This document shows, piece after piece, positions 27,573-41,873 of a stretch of DNA of 50,739 nucleotides. The notes below the pieces were generated by a model, which saw nothing but the letters and a program-made list of their open reading frames with translations, searched no databases and was not told where the DNA came from. The stretch spans positions 1 to 50,739 of the forward strand of contig PBMO01000046.1 in the NCBI GenBank assembly GCA_002722595.1, in the 5' to 3' direction. The stretch comes from Methanobacteriota archaeon (GTDB lineage Archaea > Thermoplasmatota > Poseidoniia > Poseidoniales > Thalassarchaeaceae). The position numbers were made by a program, and so were the translations under genes. Positions within the stretch are counted from its first letter, which is position 1. Each line of letters starts with the position of its first letter.

Positions 27573-28532
27573 ATGACCCCTCTCGTTCTTTGCTATCTCA
27601 TGGAGGATGGCAAGTTACTCATCGCGGGTGTCGGCAGTCTGGGTTGCAGATGGGCTAGAGCCGCTCATTCGAGGGTATCGGATTGGGTAGATTTAGCACT
27701 TGTTGATGCCGACGCTCGGTCGATGGATGGGGCTAAGCATGCCAACTGTCTCATTTTAGGGGATTCAACATCGGAAGTCGGTTGCGCCGGAATGCCACAA
27801 TTGGCCGAGGCTAGAATGCGCTCACTACAGCCAATAACTGATCATTTTCTAGGCGATGCTGAACTATTGGTTCTTCTTACAGGATTGGGTGGTGGTTCAG
27901 GTTCTGGGGCATCTGTTGAATTTGCCCGCCAAGCTGCACAATCAGGTTGCTTGGTGATTACTGTGGCAGCGATGCCATTCAGTGCACAATTTGAGAGGCA
28001 AAGGATTGCTGAATCAGCCCTCCCGCGTTTGTCCAAATATAGTCATGTTTGCGTAGAACTGAGTCTCGATAGAATGGCTTGGCAAGCACGTGAGAGGGGC
28101 GTTGATTGGGAACAAGGATCTGCATGGGTAGAGGAGCTTTGTGAAGGGCTTATTCGAACATTGGCCAATGTCGGTTTGATTAATCTTGATTTGATGGATT
28201 TAAGGTCAATAGTTTCTAAATCGGGAGGGTCAACTTTGCTTGTTGCCGAGGGACATTGTGACGACTCAGTACAGCTTTACGAGCGGGCACGTTCTTCACC
28301 ACTTGCAGCCATGTCAGTTGGTGGTGCAACTGGTTGTTTGTTACAAGTAGAAGGCGGCCCACATATGACTCTCAAACAGGTTGAATCAGTGGCATCTGCA
28401 TTCACTGACGGTTTAGCGATGGACGCCCAAGTGATTATCGGCGCTCGAGTTTCTCCAGATCTCGGTGAAAGAATGCGAGTAGTCGCTGTAGTCAGTGGCT
28501 TGCCGCGAATCCAATCTGATGGACTCGTTTAA
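27573..28532 (+). CDS. Divergent compact FtsZ/tubulin-superfamily protein (319 aa)
   Basis: It is collinear with FtsZ. IAGVGSLGCRW corresponds to a degenerate GVGGGG box and VDADARSM to NTDAQ. LTGLGGGSGSGAS is the tubulin signature with T replaced by S. AAMPFSAQFERQR, GLINLDLMDLRSI and the C-terminal domain GATGCLLQVEGG...VIIGA also align. There is no C-terminal tail. An alternative start is ATG 27600. Confidence 0.75.
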   Translation: MTPLVLCYLMEDGKLLIAGVGSLGCRWARAAHSRVSDWVDLALVDADARSMDGAKHANCLILGDSTSEVGCAGMPQLAEARMRSLQPITDHFLGDAELLVLLTGLGGGSGSGASVEFARQAAQSGCLVITVAAMPFSAQFERQRIAESALPRLSKYSHVCVELSLDRMAWQARERGVDWEQGSAWVEELCEGLIRTLANVGLINLDLMDLRSIVSKSGGSTLLVAEGHCDDSVQLYERARSSPLAAMSVGGATGCLLQVEGGPHMTLKQVESVASAFTDGLAMDAQVIIGARVSPDLGERMRVVAVVSGLPRIQSDGLV

Positions 28533-28537
28533 TCGTA

Positions 28538-29836
28538 TTAAGAATCTTCAGCAGTTACTGGCGGAGGTATATCTAATTCAGTCGCCTCCTTGGTTTTCGC
28601 ATCGACCTTCGAATCAGAGACTTCTTCAGGAATCTCTACTTCAGTGTCATCTAATTCCTCAGAATCACTTTCGACATAATCTCCCACTTCGACCCATTTC
28701 GCTATATTACCAGTAGTCCATGAATAAATCCAAAGCATCGTGGCTGCGGTCACTATGTGCCCAATTCCGATTGAGGCAGACATTCCTATTGTGCCAACAG
28801 TTCCTTCAGTAAGCTTAGCCCCAAGTACGGAGATCATTGCGATTGAACCTGAATATGCTATCCCGAATGATAACCCCCAGAATATGGCATTATCCTTTCT
28901 GAATAACTTGAAGCCACTGAGGTGTGAATCTCTTGCTAGGCTCCATATTGCTGCAATAACAGTGAAAAGCATCAATATTAACTCCTCTACTACCAAACCA
29001 ACACCCCATTCATCATTGACAAATCTCCGATACGCACTTAGTAAATGCCACGTGACAAACAGTTGCATAAGGAGTCCCCAGGAGTATGAAAGTGCGGCAG
29101 TATCCTTACGCTGCATATCAATTGAGCGTCGTTTTTTTGTAAATCTGAAAAGAGCAAGTTGTAGCGATATTGCAAAAAGTGCAAAAATAACAGGGCCTAA
29201 TCTGTCAATCGCTTTGATATCTTCTTGTTCCTTGACGCCAAGAACCAATGCCCAGTATGTAATGGCTGCAAAAAGGCCTATGATCAAAATGTGTGCAGTG
29301 GTCGATGTTAGTCGCGAAGTTTTGCCGTTAACTGCGGCAACCTTGGCGACCCTATTTTCTGCAAATACTTGCAAACTCTTTGCCAATGCTCTACCTTGGG
29401 CCAATGACCAGACAATGAATAGACTCCCTATGGCCATCGCCCAATATTCTAATTGACTGCGCCCCATTTCTGTGTTCAAGAATATGGCAATTAGTAAGAA
29501 TGGCACCATCCCTAGGATAATGGGCGAAATCCATGTCGATACTGTATTGACAATAAACGAAAAACCCCAGCCTCGCAAGGCTTGATTTTTTTCGATTGGC
29601 TGGAAGTGACTATATTTGTGCACTATGTCGATTTTGTTGAGCCAAGCCGTAAGTGCATAACCTGTCGAAAGAGCAATGTATCCTGATATCCCTATGGCGA
29701 AAAGTGCATCCGAATCAGAAGCAGAAAGAAGGTAGAAAAGTGTGCCTGCAAGTGCGAGTAGTAACACGTGTGGGAGAGTGGATGGACTGACCAAATTCAG
29801 GAAAATATCGACTATTCTTGGTTTATCTTCTACCAT
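28538..29836 (-). CDS. Polytopic membrane protein (about 12 TM) with acidic C-terminal tail
   Basis: The 432-aa ORF is hydrophobic throughout and ends in DSDSEELDDTEVEIPEEVSD. The antisense ORF 28740..29456 is a shadow. Confidence 0.65.
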   Translation of the reverse strand: MVEDKPRIVDIFLNLVSPSTLPHVLLLALAGTLFYLLSASDSDALFAIGISGYIALSTGYALTAWLNKIDIVHKYSHFQPIEKNQALRGWGFSFIVNTVSTWISPIILGMVPFLLIAIFLNTEMGRSQLEYWAMAIGSLFIVWSLAQGRALAKSLQVFAENRVAKVAAVNGKTSRLTSTTAHILIIGLFAAITYWALVLGVKEQEDIKAIDRLGPVIFALFAISLQLALFRFTKKRRSIDMQRKDTAALSYSWGLLMQLFVTWHLLSAYRRFVNDEWGVGLVVEELILMLFTVIAAIWSLARDSHLSGFKLFRKDNAIFWGLSFGIAYSGSIAMISVLGAKLTEGTVGTIGMSASIGIGHIVTAATMLWIYSWTTGNIAKWVEVGDYVESDSEELDDTEVEIPEEVSDSKVDAKTKEATELDIPPPVTAEDS

Positions 29837-29905
29837 ATCTGATTCACCTCCGACGACAATGCGAGCGTGCGAGGCCTGTTAAGTCCGCCTCTTGTCCGAG
29901 TAGTT

Positions 29906-30187
29906 ATGGCAAAGCGTTTGACAAAGGCTCTCCGTGAAAAGAGACGCTGGGTTGGCATAACAGTCAACGGAGTCGTTGAGCGCAAAGATTTGGAACATTT
30001 GATATCCCAATTGGCACCCACCGAGGATTGGAAATTGTACGATTTCAAAGATAATATTGCAATCATAAGAATATTGCTTAGAGATCAACCATTGTGGAGA
30101 CCAATACTCGATGTCGAAGGAGGCCAGATTCGCTCGGTAACAACTTCAGGTAAAATACGACTTGTTAGAGATCGTTTAGGTCTTTAG
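29906..30187 (+). CDS. rnp2: RNase P protein component 2 (Pop5/Rnp2)
   Basis: The N-terminal LREKRRWVGITV resembles archaeal Pop5 LRxKRRYI, and the C-terminal TSGKIRLVRDRL resembles the SGTIK ending. The start is taken at ATG 29906. Confidence 0.65.
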   Translation: MAKRLTKALREKRRWVGITVNGVVERKDLEHLISQLAPTEDWKLYDFKDNIAIIRILLRDQPLWRPILDVEGGQIRSVTTSGKIRLVRDRLGL

Positions 30188-30271
30188 TTAATTGATTTAT
30201 AGATTATTTAGGATTCTAATTTGACATTTTCTAATGACCACATTCATTTGCTCCTCTGGTTTGGCAACCAC

Positions 30272-30763
30272 ATGGCCGGTGGTGGTGATGCTCCTAGTGT
30301 ACCAGTTTGGGACATGGCAATACTTGCTGGAGCAGTATTATTGGCATCAACCATGGTCATCGTGGCCTGGACTCAGCCTGTTCAGTATGAATTGGATGGA
30401 CCAAAGGAGATACTCGTTATACATACTGGACTCTCCGAAGCTACGTTGAGTTTCAAAGCAAAGTGCACAGGTGAGGAATGTGATCCATTATCAGTATGGA
30501 TTATTCCACACGATGGTTTGGAAAGTTGGGATGGCGGACTAAGTGATGCGCAGGAGGTTGAATTGCTTGATCAAGATTCGAATTCAGTTTCTACCGACAT
30601 GGATGGTGCACTTACTTCGGGAGAATATCGAATTATCCTAGACGGCACTGGTAGCTATACATTTGAAACAACTGTTCATCGCACGCTGCCGCATGAATAC
30701 CTACCTGCTATAGTGGGTAGTTTGTTACTAATATGGGGCATATGGAGAAAACAGCACGAATAA
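30272..30763 (+). CDS. Bitopic membrane protein with an extracytoplasmic domain between N- and C-terminal TM helices
   Basis: TM helices AILAGAVLLASTMVIVAW and AIVGSLLLIWGIW. The start is ATG 30272; the listed TTG is at 30221. Confidence 0.5.
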   Translation: MAGGGDAPSVPVWDMAILAGAVLLASTMVIVAWTQPVQYELDGPKEILVIHTGLSEATLSFKAKCTGEECDPLSVWIIPHDGLESWDGGLSDAQEVELLDQDSNSVSTDMDGALTSGEYRIILDGTGSYTFETTVHRTLPHEYLPAIVGSLLLIWGIWRKQHE

Positions 30764-30765
30764 TG

Positions 30766-32187
30766 CTAAACCCATTCCCAGCGACGTCCGCCAGTTGTTG
30801 TATCGATAATTCCTGTGTCAGAGATTATGTTTCCTTTGCTGGACAATCCATAGAAAAGCGATCTCGTTTCACATAGACTGCACCTCATGGCGCTGTAAGC
30901 TACAGAATATATTCTCTCTATTTCAATAGGTGGTAGTTTCGGCTGTTCTTCAATAATGGATGCAATAGATGCATTCAGTATTATTGCCATCAAATCTGAA
31001 TGGATGTCAGTAATCGAATTCCACCCTTCAAAGCATTTTCCATTAGGTGGGATTTTATTGAAACCAATGCCAATGACTACACGAACATCTTCGCCTTGTG
31101 TTTTGCCTTCAACCAAGGTCCCAGCCATTTTCCCAAGCCCAGCCCTTCCAATGTACCATATGTCATTTGGCCATTTTATTCTAACACCCATGTCTTCCAA
31201 AATTGAAGAATTTGTCCAACAGTGGCTAGGGAGTCCTTCCATAAGGGCCGTTGAAATAGAATCGATAACTGCTACTGATGAAGCAATCTGGAGCCATTCT
31301 GCACCCTTCTCTATAGATTTTCGACCAAATACCCAACTGCCCATGAAACCTTCTTTTGGATTGTCCCAATTGTTTCCTGAGAAACCCCTTCCCTTGGTTT
31401 GATGACTTGTCGTAACAAGTGAACCTGTGGGTGCATTTTCCAATTCCATAGCCACACTATTAGTTGACTCACACTTTTCCAGGTGAATTTTTATTGCCTC
31501 TTCAAAGGGCCTCCAGCATGCTATAACTGTCAGTTTTTCATCACCAATATTGGTCCATGCTACTGGCCTTGTAGCCCATCCACCACTTCGCCAAAGTTTT
31601 GGAATTAAATGGCCCAATTGGTTTGAGCTATGGAGGAGAAGTACCACACCTTTCTTGTTGAGCAGTCCTGGTCTCTGTTCGAGCAATGAGATCAATTCCT
31701 GGCACTGATTATTTTCGATCAACCCTGATTCTTCTAGTGGGCCGAGTCGGGGTGATTTTTCTGGAGGTGTGTCGAGATAAGGGAGGTTCCAGATAATCAA
31801 GTCGAAATTATCCTCTGATATTTGCGCAAAGTAATCATCTCCTGGCCCTCCTTCAATGACGTTTTCTCCACTCCATTTTATCCCATTCAATGATGCATTA
31901 CCAAGCGTCGCTGAAACAGCATATGGATTTGTATCACAGCAGAATACTTCCCAACCTCTTAGCCGGGAACTTATCGATATGGCACCACTTCCACAGCCTA
32001 TCTCAAGCACCTTCTGACCCGGCTTGAAAGGTATCTCGGCGACGACTTGATCAAGAAGACTGGTATCCTCTCTCGGGGGATAGACAGTAGGGGGAATTTG
32101 CAGATTGATATCTGGCAGTTCATGAGGTGACCAAGATATTCTGGTGGCCTCAGATTTGAGGTATTCAATTTCTCTTTTTACGTCCAA
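30766..32187 (-). CDS. birA: Fusion of a HemK-related SAM methyltransferase (N) and biotin-protein ligase BirA (C)
   Basis: The N-terminal half has SAM motif I LEIGCGSGAISI and the N/D-PPY-type motif IIWNLPYL. The C-terminal half has KGRGFSGNNWDNP (the GRGRxGRxW-like motif) and IKWPNDIW. Confidence 0.75.
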   Translation of the reverse strand: MDVKREIEYLKSEATRISWSPHELPDINLQIPPTVYPPREDTSLLDQVVAEIPFKPGQKVLEIGCGSGAISISSRLRGWEVFCCDTNPYAVSATLGNASLNGIKWSGENVIEGGPGDDYFAQISEDNFDLIIWNLPYLDTPPEKSPRLGPLEESGLIENNQCQELISLLEQRPGLLNKKGVVLLLHSSNQLGHLIPKLWRSGGWATRPVAWTNIGDEKLTVIACWRPFEEAIKIHLEKCESTNSVAMELENAPTGSLVTTSHQTKGRGFSGNNWDNPKEGFMGSWVFGRKSIEKGAEWLQIASSVAVIDSISTALMEGLPSHCWTNSSILEDMGVRIKWPNDIWYIGRAGLGKMAGTLVEGKTQGEDVRVVIGIGFNKIPPNGKCFEGWNSITDIHSDLMAIILNASIASIIEEQPKLPPIEIERIYSVAYSAMRCSLCETRSLFYGLSSKGNIISDTGIIDTTTGGRRWEWV

Positions 32188-32346
32188 AAACGCCTCACTA
32201 CCCTGTTTATGCCACCCGGGTGGAGTCTAGTTTGATGAATATTCTGCAAACCTTTATGTCGATTTTATCATACCGGAGGTTCGTGGCTCGTTCTGACAAG
32301 TCACATATACAGCCAACCGCGATAGGTTTGTTGTATTCCGTAACCC

Positions 32347-32353
32347 TTTAAAA
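32347..32353 (+). promoter_or_regulatory. TATA-like box (TTTAAAA) upstream of tRNA-Lys
   Basis: It lies 38-44 nt upstream of the mature tRNA 5' end, consistent with an archaeal promoter plus a short leader. Confidence 0.3.
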
Positions 32354-32390
32354 CACCCCCTCGGTCCGCGGGTGGCCCAGAGATATCCAT

Positions 32391-32464
32391 GGGCCTGTAG
32401 CTTAGCAAGGTAGAGCGACGGGCTTTTAACCCGTTGGCCAAGGGTTCGAATCCCTTCAGGCCCG
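32391..32464 (+). tRNA. tRNA-Lys (anticodon UUU)
   Basis: Folded by hand. Acceptor GGGCCTG/CAGGCCC, D stem GCTT/GAGC, anticodon stem ACGGG/CCCGT with loop CTTTTAA, 5-nt variable loop, T arm AAGGG-TTCGAAT-CCCTT, discriminator G. No CCA is encoded. Confidence 0.93.
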
Positions 32465-32507
32465 CTCTCCTTTGCTAATTTACAGGCAGTCTTTGGGCAC
32501 GGCGCGG

Positions 32508-33107
32508 GTGAAGAAATTGGTTGTTAAGAGTTCCACAAAAAAGAGGCTAGTTGAACTTGGTGTGCAGGAAGAGCATGCACACAAGCTTGCAGACGACGCC
32601 AATATGGATGCTATTAAGCAAATGAGTGTCGAGCAGGTTGCAAAGAAAATCGGTATCGATTCTGACAGTGCTGAGATTGAGAAAATCATGGGTATCATCC
32701 GTGAACAGGGGACACGTAAGAGAACACGTTCCCGCCGAATTACAATTTCTCAGAAAGCAATTGATGATGATGATGATGCACCAAAAGGTTCAGACCGATT
32801 CAATGTGCTAAATCACCACCTTGTCCCTCACCATGAACTGATTCCAGTTGATGAAGAGGCTAAAACGCTAGAGCCTTGGGGTCTTGAAGAAGCAGATTTG
32901 GCGTCCGATGGCACACGCTTGGCTAAGGAACTACTTCCTAAAATATTGATTACCGATCCTGCAGTTCAGGTCTTGAAAGAAATGACTGAACTTGAAGATG
33001 ATGAGTTGCCTGCTGGTTGGCTGACCAATCGTGTTGTACGTGTTGTTCGGTACAGTAAGGCTTCAGGAACAACTACGGCTTACCGGCTGATTGTAGAGGA
33101 AAACTGA
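32508..33107 (+). CDS. rpoH: RNA polymerase subunit H (Rpo5) with an ~100-aa N-terminal extension
   Basis: The C-terminal 100 aa are FNVLNHHLVPHHELIP...LPKILITDPAVQ...VVRVVRYSKASGTTTAYRLIV, which is the canonical RpoH. The start is uncertain (TTG 32472, GTG 32508 or TTG 32517). TTG 32517 aligns exactly with the Met of the paralogous RpoA'' N-terminus. Confidence 0.85.
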   Translation: MKKLVVKSSTKKRLVELGVQEEHAHKLADDANMDAIKQMSVEQVAKKIGIDSDSAEIEKIMGIIREQGTRKRTRSRRITISQKAIDDDDDAPKGSDRFNVLNHHLVPHHELIPVDEEAKTLEPWGLEEADLASDGTRLAKELLPKILITDPAVQVLKEMTELEDDELPAGWLTNRVVRVVRYSKASGTTTAYRLIVEEN

Positions 33108-33113
33108 GGAGGA

Positions 33114-36100
33114 ATGAGTATGAAGGAAATAATTGAGAGTTACTTTCGAGATCGCAGTCTTGTTAATCACCAGCTGGCATCATACAACGACTGTATTCCA
33201 TCAGCGGATTCACAGAGCAGTCGTTTCGAGGAAATAGTAAGAAACATCAGAATTGGTACAGATGAAGTACTTGACGATGGTGAGGGAGGAATCATCAAAC
33301 TCGACGTTCTAGATCATGAAATCCATGTGCGCATGAAAAACATGACAATTGGAAATCCTAAGATAAAGGAAGCAAATGGTTCACGTCATGATTCCTCACC
33401 TCTTGAATGCAGGCTACGGAAATTAACCTACATGTCTCCAGTTTTCCTTGATTTCACCATTCATCGCGACGACTTACCGCAACCAATTATTGAAGAAAAG
33501 GTCCAAATTGGGAATATTCCAATTATGGTAAAAAGTCGCCGGTGCAATCTGAATCCGGCCCACGTTGATCCAAACAGAAAGTTGAATCCTAATCAAGTGA
33601 AAGAGGATGAACTGCATTATCGTCGTCTACTTGAAGGCAAAGGTGAAGATCCATTCGACCCAGGTGGGTATTTCATCATTAACGGTACCGAAAGGGTACT
33701 CATATCGATGGAAGATCTTGCTCCTAACCGCGTCACAGTTGAGATGAACAAGCGATATGCAAGAAAAACAGAAGTTGCTAAGATTTTCTCACAGAAAGAC
33801 GGTGTACGAAAACCACTTACAGTCGAGAAGCGAAAAGATGGAATGTTGATGGTTAAAATCAGTAGTGCTGGAACTACTGCAATCCCTGTGGTTCTCTTGA
33901 TGAGAGCTCTTGGAATTGACAACGACCAAGAGATATTCCAAGCAATCGCAGGTCCTACTGCGACATTCAAATTCATCGTAGCCAACATTAACGAGGTTAA
34001 GGACAACGAGGAATATGGTGTAGAAAATCAGGAAGAAGCTATGCAGTGGCTTGAGAAGAAATTTGCAGCAGGTCAGCAAAAGGAATACCGTGAACAGAGA
34101 ATTCAGAATTTGCTGGACAAAGAATTGCTACCCCACCTTGGGAGTGACTCCGAAGAGGATCGTAAGAAGAAGGCAGTATTCCTTGGCAGAATAGTTCGTC
34201 AAGTCCTTGAAATGGCGATTAATGACAAGGAGCCCAATGACAAGGATCACTATGCTAACAAGCGTGTTAGATTGGCAGGAGATTTAATTGAAGACTTATT
34301 CCGTGTTTCACTACAACAGTTGGCACGAGATCTCAAGTATCAACTTGAAAGACATCACAATCGAAAGCGTGACCTAAAGATAACATCCTGTTTGCGTCCC
34401 GACGTTTTGACATCAAAGATTATGCATGCATTAGCCACAGGCAATTGGGTCGGAGGACGGAGTGGTGTAAGCCAATTACTCGATCGAACGACCTACCTCG
34501 CCGCTCTTTCGCACATGCGCAGAGTTACGAGTCCACTTGTTCGAAGCCAACCGCATTTCGAAGCACGAGATTTGCACCCTACACAATGGGGCCGACTTTG
34601 TCCAAACGAAACTCCCGAGGGTCAAAATTGCGGCCTTGTAAAGAATGCTGCTCAAATGATTGACATTTCTGAAGCAGTACCTGAAGACGATGTGAAGGGA
34701 CTTCTTGCTGAGGCAGGTGTTGATCCTCGTCCATCCGGATGGTCTGAAGGCGCTCGTGTTCACGTCAATGGAGATATCTTTGGTTTGCACATGAATCCAC
34801 ATAAACTGGTTGACCATATCAAGCGCAGCCGTCGCCGTGGAAGAATACGACCAGAGGTCAGCATACGACATGATTCAGTCAATCGTGATATATTCATCAA
34901 TACTGACAAAGGCCGTATTTTACGCCCGCTCTTAGTATTGGACAATGGTTCCCTAGTTCTTTCCAAAGAATACCTTGATGGGTTGCGGTCACAAGAAATC
35001 CGTTTCCAGGATTTGGTTAATGAGGGGGTTGTAGAATGGGTGGATGCAGAGGAAGAAGAAGACCTACTTATTGCTCCAAGACCATACGATCTTCCAGCAG
35101 TCAGTCCAAAGAACAAGCGACCACTGTCTCCATCGAATGTTGAATGGATTAACATGGGCGAAGAAGGAATTACTCATGCTAAACTAACAGCCCAAATCAT
35201 AATGCCAAATGGTGACAAGGCTGAAGAAACTTTCAAAGTACCTTTGAATTACTATCAAGAAGAGACCGACAAATTAGCTCGCAGGGCTAAGAAGACAGGT
35301 GATGTACTAATTTACACACACGTTGAAATTGATCCACAGTTAATATTGGGAGTTTGTGCAGCGTTGGTACCGTATCCAGAACACAATTCCACTCCACGTG
35401 TAACTGGTGGAACTGCAATGGTCAAGCAATCCCTTGGTTTGCCTGCGGCGAATGGCCGATTGAGGCCAGATACTCGACAGCATGTTTTGCATTACGCACA
35501 GAATTCGATGACCGGCACCCGGGCCATGGAAGCAACCAATTTCCTCCGCCGTCCTGCAGGTCAGAATTTTGTTGTGGCAATTTTAAGTCATCATGGTTAC
35601 AACATGCAGGATGCAGTAATTATGAACAGAGGCAGTGTTGATAGGGCACTGGGGCGCTCTACATTTATTCGTACATACAATGCTGAAAGAAAGAGATTCC
35701 CAGGTGGACAGGTCGATGAGATTGAGGTTCCTGGAACAGGCCTAGATGAAGTAAAGGGTCTCAAAGCGCCAGAGGCGTATGCACATCTCGAAGGCGACGG
35801 TCTACCCACTCCTGAAACTGAAATAAGCAGTAAACCAGAAGACAGGGATAGAGTCCCACAAGTGCTAGTTGGTAAGACAAGCCCCCCAAGATTCCTTGAA
35901 GAATCCCATGGTGCTTTCTTGCAAGCACAGGAGAGACGTGAATCGAGTATGAATGTACGACATGGAGAGGGTGGATTCGTTGACAATGTTTTCGTTACGG
36001 AATCACTTGACTCCAATCGCCTTGTTCGAATCACACTTCGTACAAACAGGATACCCGAATTGGGTGACAAGTTTGCCAGTCGTCACGGGCAGAAAGGAGT

Positions 36101-36796
36101 AATTGGGCGTTTAGTAGATCCGGAAGATATGCCATTCACTGTTGATGGAGTAGTCCCTGATTTGTTAATCAACCCACACGCCATTCCTTCACGCATGACT
36201 GTAGCACACATCCTTGAGATGATTGGCGGTAAGGTTGGCTCCATGGAAGGTCGCTTAATTGATGGAACTGCATTTAATGGAGAGAAAGAAGACAGTCTGA
36301 GAGAAGGCCTTCTTCGTCACGGCTTTGCCCACACTGGCCGTGAGACAATGATTAATGGTGAAACTGGGGAAGAATTCCCTGCACAAACATTCGTGGGTGT
36401 AATCTATTACCAGAAATTACACCACATGGTTAGTGGTAAGATACACGCTAGAAGTCGCGGTAGAGTGCAGATTCTAACCCGTCAACCTACCGAAGGTCGT
36501 GCCCGCCAGGGTGGACTTCGATTTGGTGAAATGGAGCGCGATTGTTTGATTGCACACGGCGCGTCTATGGTAATCAAAGATAGATTATTGGATGAATCTG
36601 ACGGATGGGAACTATTTGTGTGTGCAGATAGTGGTCATATTGCTTATTGGGATTGGCGCAAGAGATGTTATGTTAGCCCAATACATGGTGACAAGGCAGA
36701 AGTATTCCCCGTATCAACATCCTACGCTTTCAAGCTTCTACTGGATGAAATGAAATCACTTGGTGTGGCTATGAGACTCGAACTGGAGGACAAGAG

Positions 36797-36800
<4 letters not shown>
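33114..36800 (+). CDS. rpoB: RNA polymerase subunit B (unsplit Rpo2)
   Basis: Canonical motifs are present: GYFIINGTERV, PEGQNCGLVKN, SRHGQKGV, RFGEMERD. GAGGAGG lies upstream of the ATG. 1228 aa. Confidence 0.97.
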
Positions 36801-41457
<4,657 letters not shown>

Positions 41458-41481
41458 TATAACATTCCATGAGAAGCAACA

Positions 41482-41802
41482 GTGGAGAATGGAGGAATTA
41501 ATTTGGATCTAAGCAGACAATTGAAGACCGCAATAAAAAGTGGAGAACTAACATTTGGACAAAATCAGGCAGCAGATGCCTGTGCTAATGGACTGGCAAA
41601 AATGCTGATATTCGCAGCAAATTGTCCGCAGAGTTACATAGAATCTCTCCGAGCACGCCATCCTGATGTGCCGATGTATCAGTCTGAACTGGTGAATCGT
41701 GAACTTGGCGCTGCTTGTGCTAAGCCTTTTGCAATCAGTACAATATGTGTTCATTCAGAAGGAAGCAGCGAATTGCTGAGCCTCCAGTCGAATTTGGATT
41801 GA
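41482..41802 (+). CDS. rpl30e: Ribosomal protein eL30 (L30e)
   Basis: LKTAIKSGELTFGQNQ...AKMLIFAANCP is typical of L30e/L7Ae-fold proteins, and the position after rpoA2 is conserved. GTG start. Confidence 0.85.
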   Translation: MENGGINLDLSRQLKTAIKSGELTFGQNQAADACANGLAKMLIFAANCPQSYIESLRARHPDVPMYQSELVNRELGAACAKPFAISTICVHSEGSSELLSLQSNLD

Positions 41803-41873
41803 AGCTCTGAAATCAACCTTTACATGGCTGGATTGAACGTAGTGTTCAAGGCACTTATTGCCGCCGTGAGGAT

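Noticed and set aside
33617-36070. Minus-strand ORFs inside rpoB (33617..34006, 33789..34079, 34476..34871, 34760..35155, 35597..36070). Similar antisense ORFs lie inside other long genes (e.g. 25169..25651, 28740..29456, 30956..31402, 44360..44755, 47955..48251, 49627..50037).
   Set aside because: All lie antisense or out of frame within genes that have strong family motifs. They are typical shadow ORFs with Ser/Arg/Leu-rich composition.
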